In this document: one piece after another, positions 59,001-64,000 of the stretch
Layout of the letters: every line of letters begins with the position of its first letter
Position numbering within the stretch: position 1 is the first letter of the stretch
Source: Candidatus Woesearchaeota archaeon
GTDB lineage: Archaea > Nanobdellota > Nanobdellia > SCGC-AAA011-G17 > JACPIM01
Direction: 5' to 3'
Assembly: GCA_964513145.1 (NCBI GenBank)
Contig: CAZELK010000006.1
Span: forward strand, 10,081-74,080
DNA: 64,000 bases
Program-made: the position numbers and the translations under genes
The notes under the pieces: generated by a model
What the model was told of the DNA's origin: nothing
What the model saw: only the letters and a program-made list of their open reading frames with translations
Databases searched by the model: none

Positions 59001-59065
59001 ATGATATTATAAATGCTTACTATAAAACACCAGAATTGGTATTAAAAAAATTTAATGTTTCCTAA
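53030..59065 (+). CDS. Type IV pilus assembly ATPase (VirB11/TadA/ArlI-like) with three inteins
   Basis: Spliced product about 524 aa: IEDIECNG, DASLPDGSRIQ, GPSF/TVRKF, Walker A GGTGSGKTS, SIED/TREL, RQRPDYVIVGEIRG, GMS/SGHPSFGTMHA. Confidence 0.93.
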   Translation: MLGQNKEVIEFKPIFYINPRPEIAELPDVKEKQKIDVRYVLLEPYVNAHIFWDKENNELVYYVEEPQLDEKELNVLNILENGINELINISFIAMKNTDVVVEYLEKNIRVLLNELKISISKESYLKLMYYIYRDFVGLNEIEPLLKDYYIEDIECNGVNTPIYIVHRKYRNLRTNIIFKDAKELTSFVEKLAQKCGKYISYASPLLDASLPDGSRIQATFTQDISSRGPSFCFADGYLQLNNGEVVKINKLFEKCKNDFGSSFDKENEIVNVTNVGVCGVDENNLKQIDSKLKTIIKLKPPEELVNIGFDDGSEIITTTNHLFHVVDNDLSLLEAHKLKTGLFVPMPSKVDVEGCMQSINIVNLIKEFSYLYKVCLVSNQEIKNIVSNNIDFYKNKSRDYRIQMAQDYTVHNSYFYEILSRGSSISFEVLNEICDLNSLDEINLVVYGGPVKKERKSINVPKILDEELAYLAGAIISDGHLSKYSIDIACYNTGFTNAVTTRLKNKFGKFNVYYNGTRVYLCNLFVPFFFNKIFGIPYGRKAKIVNIPEIIFKSDNKIIAAFLKGLFDGDGTCKSGISYKTSSKELAEQLTYLLARLGLYSKIILKKNMYRVLIPSIYENIYSEKINFCDTFKIKCLSELLLKKGNNAKSYIRHGRVPAKPILNLMKDVGLSKNKASKLCKVSYNRLVHYDSLSKPFVKQIISLIELEIENKGIKNCKLDYIKWLVGCEQEFVKIKHVKIFENKNKIPVYDIELEPCKFFIAGNKPMNIFDTVRKFTKDPWTPVKLMQFKTVSPEILAYLWLLIENEANIMIIGGTGSGKTSFLNSIAFFIPPAARVVSIEDSVTGDSEIIYKNKDKIEKLTIGKLTKLVNSKKINLENIEILTVDDDWKVRFGKPSKFIKHSTNKDIFKITTSTGRIIEVTKDHSLFTLTTSGLVEVKPENLEENVSCIAVPRVLPIEGKGFFDINLINHLNYFNEDFLIGKPIQKILSKYKYNHFKVSKSTHQWWKKRNIIPIRFFKKLKYKFSNDELKKLFIKSKNSTKIPVIFEFDDDFIKLIGLWIGDGSHDNHNRNRTIFSCNEPDCVDIYKRISEKLKINISLMDDNWSWGFNSTIFYKFTKYILNLDGYAKDKKIPDFVYNFTNEQLKHFISGYFSADGTVKKNEVSCCSESRDIINSIQTLLLRFGIISRASKTVRKDNCKELNISSYENINKFKCINFIQKRQNDKLSLIGNSIPTHANSDIIPLNPNWFEELSNYKQYFKDYHNVNNSFPGRTFMTNFISEPSLDIPKECFSFLGKIVNSDLLWDKVVKIEKLPKKSRYVYDISVPGTEKFISQNILLHNTRELALLHENWLPGVTREGVGISNLLGTKEGDITLFDLLRESFRQRPDYVIVGEIRGKEAYVLFQGMSSLRGDEEIFILNNNRPLRIKITELENFDIKNLKAVCYDTENKKAEILPIQAFIKHPKRNTLYKIITKKGREITVTPDHSLFTLKENKIVDIKTNELVIGSKLIIPSNIPCGYNNIDKINLFEYLPDIRVYAPEYIKEASNKLGYYQASALCDCCSITDYYSNFKRSKPSAMKSEKFLKLMSEAKIDFDIKKLEFRYDRKSKSINGFLEINDDFLKLLGYYLSEGSLDDCEGNSSIVLYNKKEAVLEDMRNCIYKLTNNKPNERITEGYGTCLELSFNHKVLFEFIKRNCMKRQGKRIPDFIFGLDKRKIGVFLSALYCGDGTIKQSHFDYYTTSKNLANDVTQLLLVYGIVAKIGKRNRVGRKTTDYEIKFYMSYKKEEFLKYVKPIGKEIDLKVFNKKDYNLLGELYCDEIKSIEILELDKPEYVYDVSVPKNQNFIAGFGGILAHNSGHPSFGTMHAEDVETMVRRLETPPIELSPSLVESLDAVCVITQAKVDNKDVRRIREVVEIIKINEGSNVDTNTPFTWDPKTDNFYFKEESKVFDKIVLHKGISKEKLYREFILRTKLLMALYARNITGFKEVYDIINAYYKTPELVLKKFNVS
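53723..55342 (+). mobile_element. Intein 1 with LAGLIDADG endonuclease, 540 aa, non-canonical Phe-Asp C-terminus
   Basis: Starts CFADG; block B ITTTNHLF; LAYLAGAIISDG and FLKGLFDGDG; ends YDIELEPCKFFIAGNKPMNIFD before +1 Thr. Confidence 0.85.
55556..57052 (+). mobile_element. Intein 2 with LAGLIDADG endonuclease, 499 aa
   Basis: Starts SVTGDSEI; block B EVTKDHSLF; IGLWIGDG and FISGYFSADG; ends ILLHN before +1 Thr. Confidence 0.93.
57257..58600 (+). mobile_element. Intein 3 with LAGLIDADG endonuclease, 448 aa
   Basis: Starts SLRGDEEI; block B TVTPDHSLF; LGYYLSEG and FLSALYCGDG; ends GILAHN before +1 Ser. Confidence 0.92.
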
Positions 59066-59067
59066 AA

Positions 59068-60339
59068 ATGGAATTTCAAGTAGAAAAAAAAGAGGTTTAT
59101 GATTTAACTAAAGAATTAGGAATATATGAAGATTACAAAGAGAAATTCATTAAAAAAGTTAATGTCCTTAAAAAAAGCAAGGATACTGAGGGATTAAAGA
59201 AATTTTTAGGCGACAAAACAGAAGAAGAATGGCTAAAATATTATGATGACTATATAAATAAAATACAAGAAAGGATAAACTTATTAAAGAATGATAATTT
59301 GAAGACTTTCTCTGAAACAAATATATTTAAATTAAACAAAAAAAGCAAGAATAAATTTTTAGAAGACACTAACAATGATTCTTTTACATTAAAGAGAATA
59401 ATTCAAAAGAAAAAAGAGCCTGTCAAGGAAGAAATACTATATACTGTTTACAAATCCAGCAGATACGGCAGTTTTGCAAATTTATTTGCAGAAAATTTAA
59501 CATTATATTTTACGCATAAATATCAAAAATTTTTTAATGAGCTAACGCACTTGCTGATCTTGGGGGACATAAAAATCCTTTCCAAGACTTATGTCAGCAT
59601 GGGCATATTTACCAGTTTTTTGTCTGCAATCAGTTCTTTTCTATTATTTAACCTGTATATATTTTTTTCAAACGGCAATTTTGTTATTGGCTTGATTAAA
59701 AGTGTTCCAATTAGTTTTTTATTTTTTGTAATTACCCCAGCATTATTTTATTTTTATCCATACACATTAATCGGCAACAGAAAAAAGGCTATAAAAAATG
59801 ATCTTCCTTTTGCAATCATACATATGGCAGCTATTGCTGGAAGCGGGGCTTCGCCAATTTCTATTTTCAATTTATTATTAAATTCAGGAGAATACAAGGG
59901 TCTGGAAGTTGAAATAAAAAAAATTGTAAATTATGTCAATTTGTTTGGGTATGATTTATCTACTGCATTAAAAGCTGTTTCTATGGCTACACCTTCCAAT
60001 GATTTTAAAGATTTATTGACTGGAATTACTGCTGCTACTGAAAGCGGCGGTGACTTAAGGGCATATTTGCAGGGAAAAGCAAGTGATGCATTAAGCACAT
60101 ACAGACTTGAAAGAAAAAAATATGTAGAAAGCCTGGCAACTTATTCTGATATTTATACTGGTGTTCTTATTGCTGCTCCGTTATTATTCATGACTACATT
60201 GGCAATAATAAATGTTATTGGGGGGGCAATTGGCGGATTAAGTGTCAAAACAATTTCAATTGCAGGCACTTATGGTGTAATTCCAATACTTAATATTGTA
60301 TTTTTAATATTCTTAAGCTTAATACAGCCGGAGACTTAA
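59068..60339 (+). CDS. Type II/IV secretion GspF-domain membrane platform protein (TadB/ArlJ-like)
   Basis: DLPFAIIHMAAIAGSG, ESGGDL, multiple TM helices; directly after the ATPase. Confidence 0.88.
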   Translation: MEFQVEKKEVYDLTKELGIYEDYKEKFIKKVNVLKKSKDTEGLKKFLGDKTEEEWLKYYDDYINKIQERINLLKNDNLKTFSETNIFKLNKKSKNKFLEDTNNDSFTLKRIIQKKKEPVKEEILYTVYKSSRYGSFANLFAENLTLYFTHKYQKFFNELTHLLILGDIKILSKTYVSMGIFTSFLSAISSFLLFNLYIFFSNGNFVIGLIKSVPISFLFFVITPALFYFYPYTLIGNRKKAIKNDLPFAIIHMAAIAGSGASPISIFNLLLNSGEYKGLEVEIKKIVNYVNLFGYDLSTALKAVSMATPSNDFKDLLTGITAATESGGDLRAYLQGKASDALSTYRLERKKYVESLATYSDIYTGVLIAAPLLFMTTLAIINVIGGAIGGLSVKTISIAGTYGVIPILNIVFLIFLSLIQPET

Positions 60340-61194
60340 ATGGATCTAAAATTAAAAAATGTATATTTTATATGGATTATTTTTGCATTAATCCTGATAG
60401 GCCTAGATGTATATGCTTATTTTAATTTTAATTTTCTAAAAAGATGGTTTTGGGCTTTTTTTGTTTTGGCTGTAAATATCGGGTGGGCTCATTTTTGGTA
60501 TGATTTTTTAAAAGAAAACAAGAGACAAAAAGAAATTGAGTTAAAATTTTTAGAATTTATAAGAAATTTAGTTGAGGCTGTAAAATCCGGCATCCCAATA
60601 CCAAAAGGGGTTTTGCAAGTGGCTGACAAAGATTATGGTGCTTTATCTCCTTATATCAAAAAATTAGCTTACCAGATTGAATGGGGGATACCAATGCATA
60701 ATGCCTTGATAGTCTTTGCAGAAGATACAGGCAACAGTGTAATCAAGAGGTCTGTTTCCATAATAATAGAGGCTGACCAGTCTGGGGGAAATATAGGCGA
60801 TATTTTACAATCTGTTTCAAGTTCTGTAATTAATATCAAAAAAATGAAGGAAGAAAGAAGAAGCAGCATTGCTTCACAAATTGTACAAGGGTACCTTGTT
60901 TTTTTAATGTTCATTATAATAATGCTTGTTTTACAGATAACTTTATTTCCAAAACTAGAAGGCATAAGTTCTGGTTTAGGAAGCAGTGCGAGTGTTATAG
61001 GACTACAAACTGGAGAAGGAGAAAAAACTGATTTAGATTTTATTTTTTTTATGCTATTATTAATACAAGGTTTTTTTGACGGACTTATTATTGGAAAATT
61101 TTCTGAAGGCAGCATTAAAAACGGGCTGATTCATTCTTTAATATTAATGACTATGAGTGCCTTGATAATAACAACTGTAAAGGGCGGGATATGA
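60340..61194 (+). CDS. Type II/IV secretion GspF-domain membrane protein (TadC-like)
   Basis: FLEFIRNLVEAVKSG, YGALSPYIKK, ADQSGGNIGDIL, C-terminal TMs. Confidence 0.88.
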   Translation: MDLKLKNVYFIWIIFALILIGLDVYAYFNFNFLKRWFWAFFVLAVNIGWAHFWYDFLKENKRQKEIELKFLEFIRNLVEAVKSGIPIPKGVLQVADKDYGALSPYIKKLAYQIEWGIPMHNALIVFAEDTGNSVIKRSVSIIIEADQSGGNIGDILQSVSSSVINIKKMKEERRSSIASQIVQGYLVFLMFIIIMLVLQITLFPKLEGISSGLGSSASVIGLQTGEGEKTDLDFIFFMLLLIQGFFDGLIIGKFSEGSIKNGLIHSLILMTMSALIITTVKGGI

Positions 61195-61252
61195 TGAGAC
61201 TTTTCTTAAAAAGAAAACTTTGGAAAAGAAATAACGGACTTTTTTGGGAAAA

Positions 61253-62080
61253 ATGAAAAGAAATGAGATTTTTTTAAAAAAGATATTTTGCCATAAATTA
61301 AATAGAAATGGTGCTATTCATGTTGACTGGGCTATAAGCATGGGCTTATTTTTGGTTTACATTACTGTCATGTTTGTATTAATTAAACCTGGTTATTTTG
61401 TAGAAAATAAACCTGAGAGTCTTTTTAATATAATTGACAATAATTTTGTGAAAAGTATTACTACAAATGTCAAAGAGATTCAACTAGTTGTTGAGAGATG
61501 CGTTGGTCAAGGACAAGCTGGACAAAATTCTAAGATAACTTTAAAAGATGATAAAAGAAAATATGGATTTAGCGAGTTAATGGATGAAAATAGGAACATA
61601 ATAAATAATCTACAAGGAGTTAGCGTGACTGAGAATGAAATTGAGATAAATTGCGAGAATGGAAATATGCCAATAGAAAATAAAAAAATATTCTTGGCAA
61701 CTTCTTATCCAAAAGAACATTATGATTTTTCTAATTCAGATAATTTCCCTAAATATACATTTGAATGCGGCATTAATTCTGCAAGAAATTGCGAAGTATC
61801 TTTAGGAATTATAACTGAATTTCTTGGTTTTAATGAGGCTTATTTAAATCAATTAAAAATTGTACCATATGAAACAATTATAAATGACTGGGGTTTCCCG
61901 GAAAATAATAAACTGAAGATATCAGTTAAGAAAATAAACAGTAATGTTGACCCAATTTTAATAAGTGACAATTCGGAAGCACCTGAAAATACAAATGTAT
62001 TTTTAAGGGAATATAACTGGATATATATTGACAACTGGAATAACAGGGAAAGCATAAAGGTGAGCACTTTTGTTTGGTAA
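61253..62080 (+). CDS. Class III signal-peptide-like protein
   Basis: RNG/AIHVDWAISMGLFLVYITVMF; start uncertain. Confidence 0.72.
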   Translation: MKRNEIFLKKIFCHKLNRNGAIHVDWAISMGLFLVYITVMFVLIKPGYFVENKPESLFNIIDNNFVKSITTNVKEIQLVVERCVGQGQAGQNSKITLKDDKRKYGFSELMDENRNIINNLQGVSVTENEIEINCENGNMPIENKKIFLATSYPKEHYDFSNSDNFPKYTFECGINSARNCEVSLGIITEFLGFNEAYLNQLKIVPYETIINDWGFPENNKLKISVKKINSNVDPILISDNSEAPENTNVFLREYNWIYIDNWNNRESIKVSTFVW

Positions 62081-62501
62081 ACAAGGATTTATAAGAACTG
62101 TGGAATCTTTGATTGCCATTATTTTATTATTGGGCTTTATTTTATATACTTTTAATGGTGAAAAAAATTTCTCCAATACACCAAAAACTGTTGAAGATAC
62201 TAATAGATTTATATCCAATGAGTTTTTATTTAATAACCAATTTAGAACTTGTTTTATTAATACGATTGGTGAGGGCTTTTGTGAAGACAAAGTAACTTCT
62301 AACTGCAGAAGTCTTTTAAATGATTTTATTACAAAATCAGTGCCTGCCGGATATGATTATGAATGCGAGATTTGTGACAGTTCCCAAAGCTGCACAAATT
62401 TAAGGGCTCCAAAAGATTTATCTCTTTATCCAAAATCAGTTTTTATATTCTCAGGCACGAATGCAAAAGTAGTCAGAATGTACTTATATGAGAAAAAATG
62501 A
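62070..62501 (+). CDS. Class III signal-peptide (pilin-like) protein
   Basis: KQG/FIRTVESLIAIILLLGFI; Cys pairs. Confidence 0.78.
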   Translation: MFGKQGFIRTVESLIAIILLLGFILYTFNGEKNFSNTPKTVEDTNRFISNEFLFNNQFRTCFINTIGEGFCEDKVTSNCRSLLNDFITKSVPAGYDYECEICDSSQSCTNLRAPKDLSLYPKSVFIFSGTNAKVVRMYLYEKK

Positions 62502-62914
62502 AATACAAATTTTTAGACCACACTGCAGACATAATGTTTGAAGCATACGGCAATTCTTTAAATAAATTATTTGAAAATTCTGCATTAGCTACAGAAGCAA
62601 CCATGGTTGATTTAAAACAGATTAAACAGGATACTCAAAGAAAGGTTAATTTAAAAAACCAAAGTATAGAAACTTTGCTTTATGACTTCTTGTCTGAATT
62701 ATTGTATTTTAAAGATGCTGAACTTTTATTATTCTCGGATATTAAAGTTGAGATAAAGAAAAACAAAATTTACTTTTTAAAGGCAATTTTGTATGGGGAA
62801 AAATTAACTGAAGAACATTCACAAAAAGTTGATGTCAAGGCAGTAACATTCCATAAATTTGAAATCAAGAAAAGAGCCAGAGATTATGTTGCCAGGGTAA
62901 TATTAGATATATGA
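62498..62914 (+). CDS. Archease (RtcB tRNA-ligase cofactor)
   Basis: YKFLDHTADIMFEAYG, LYDFLSELLY, VDVKAVTFHKF, VILDI. Confidence 0.95.
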   Translation: MKYKFLDHTADIMFEAYGNSLNKLFENSALATEATMVDLKQIKQDTQRKVNLKNQSIETLLYDFLSELLYFKDAELLLFSDIKVEIKKNKIYFLKAILYGEKLTEEHSQKVDVKAVTFHKFEIKKRARDYVARVILDI

Positions 62915-63022
62915 TAAACTTTTTAGAAAAAATGTCCAGTTTAGCTGCTAAGGGTTTTCCTTAATTTGTCAATTATATTATCTGGTATTGTTCTTTATAA
63001 AGGATGCAACTATACTGGCAAC

Positions 63023-63901
63023 CTATCTAAATAATGAATATAACTCTTTTTTTACTTTTTTCTCGTATATTTTTATTTTTTTACCAATAAATATTAATTG
63101 TGTTTTATCTGCCTTAAATTCTTCCAATGAATATTTTTTTGCAACATAATTAAACAGATAATATTTTTTATCTAAATTAATAAAACCTTTAGCCCTATAA
63201 ATTTCCTTAGGCAAGTTTTTTACAAATTCTTCAAATTTATATTTGTTAAATACATTATCTGATTCAAATGAGAAAAAATCAATATTTTCTGCATGATCAT
63301 GCTTAATTTCATTTTCTATTTCTTTCTTAGAATAAATTCCAAACAACAAATGCTGATCAACTTTTGCAAACTTTGCCATTATCAAATTTGCCCTTGGATT
63401 TATTTTTTTAATTTCAAGTTTTAATTTATCTATCTCCCTAATATTAATTAAATCAACTTTATTTAAAATTATAATATCTGCCATTTCTATCTGAATTTTT
63501 CCAGTCTTTCCCAAAGGAATTTTAAAAAAATTGTCTGTATCTACCAAAGCAATAATAGAATCTAACTTTACATCTGGCAATTCGCTTTCTATGTCAAAAA
63601 TCAATGCGTCCGGCTCTGCTAATCCTGTTGTTTCAACTATAATTAACTCGGGCTTGTATTTCTTTATAATTTCTTTAACTGCAAATTCAAATTCCCCAGT
63701 TAGAGAACAGCAGACACAACCACCAGCTAATTCAGCGATATTTACATTTTTTCCTTTAATTATTTTAGAATCTATATCTATCTCCCCAAATTCATTCATT
63801 ATTACTGCTATTTTTTGTTTTGTGCTTGACAGAATTTCTTTTAATAAAGTCGTTTTACCTGCACCTAAATAACCAGTTATAATTGAAATTGGCGTTCTCA
63901 T
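63023..63901 (-). CDS. CobW/COG0523 metallochaperone GTPase
   Basis: Start MRTPISIITGYLGAGKTT at 63901; NEFGE, GCVCC, ETTGLAEP, NKVD, RAKG. Confidence 0.93.
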   Translation of the reverse strand: MRTPISIITGYLGAGKTTLLKEILSSTKQKIAVIMNEFGEIDIDSKIIKGKNVNIAELAGGCVCCSLTGEFEFAVKEIIKKYKPELIIVETTGLAEPDALIFDIESELPDVKLDSIIALVDTDNFFKIPLGKTGKIQIEMADIIILNKVDLINIREIDKLKLEIKKINPRANLIMAKFAKVDQHLLFGIYSKKEIENEIKHDHAENIDFFSFESDNVFNKYKFEEFVKNLPKEIYRAKGFINLDKKYYLFNYVAKKYSLEEFKADKTQLIFIGKKIKIYEKKVKKELYSLFR

Positions 63902-63906
63902 ATAAA

Positions 63907-64000
63907 CTTTTAAGAAAAGTTTAATCAAAAAGCTTTCTATTTTGGCTTTTAAGAAAAGTTTAATCAAAAAGCTTTCTATTTTGGCTTTTAAGAAAAGTTT
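63907..64000. repeat. 39-bp perfect tandem repeat, at least 2.4 copies, running off the window
   Basis: Unit CTTTTAAGAAAAGTTTAATCAAAAAGCTTTCTATTTTGG at 63907, 63946 and 63985 (partial); no spacers. Confidence 0.92.

Noticed and set aside
686-63872. Many 60-150 aa ORFs antisense to or nested in long genes (e.g. 686-895, 10508-10958, 23925-24305, 53677-53979, 60669-61115)
   Set aside because: They are shadows of well-supported genes, rich in F/L/S/I as expected from reverse-complemented Lys/Glu codons
63907-64000. CRISPR array
   Set aside because: Units are contiguous and identical with no unique spacers, and no cas genes are in the window

Overview
Very AT-rich archaeal DNA of DPANN type, most like Woesearchaeota (inferred from GatDE, archaeal AspRS/ArgRS, ABCE1, TrmB, archease, class III signal-peptide pilins and BHB-type tRNA introns). 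The left half is mostly housekeeping: gatB (truncated by the window edge), aspS, gatE, gatD, ftsZ, DNA ligase, argS, primase small subunit, a pdhA-pdhB-lplA-pdhC cluster, dus and ABCE1. These genes are interspersed with toxin-antitoxin pairs, ORFans and decayed genes. The centre holds a suf Fe-S operon with two cysteine desulfurases and three tRNA genes. One is a tRNA-Leu(UAA) that parses into five exons with four BHB-bounded introns; another is a tRNA-Thr(GGU) with two introns. The right third is a type IV pilus locus with nine class III signal-peptide genes, an AbiE module and a COG1373-like ATPase inserted among them, an assembly ATPase carrying three homing-endonuclease inteins (the first ending in Asp) and two GspF/TadBC-like membrane proteins. 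Also notable: a gene whose 3-prime end looks like a DGR variable region with no template repeat or reverse transcriptase in the window, a LAGLIDADG gene broken by a 14-bp tandem duplication, and an ABCE1 missing three of eight Fe-S cysteines. No rRNA or CRISPR array was seen. All calls are by-eye motif recognition; no searches were run.
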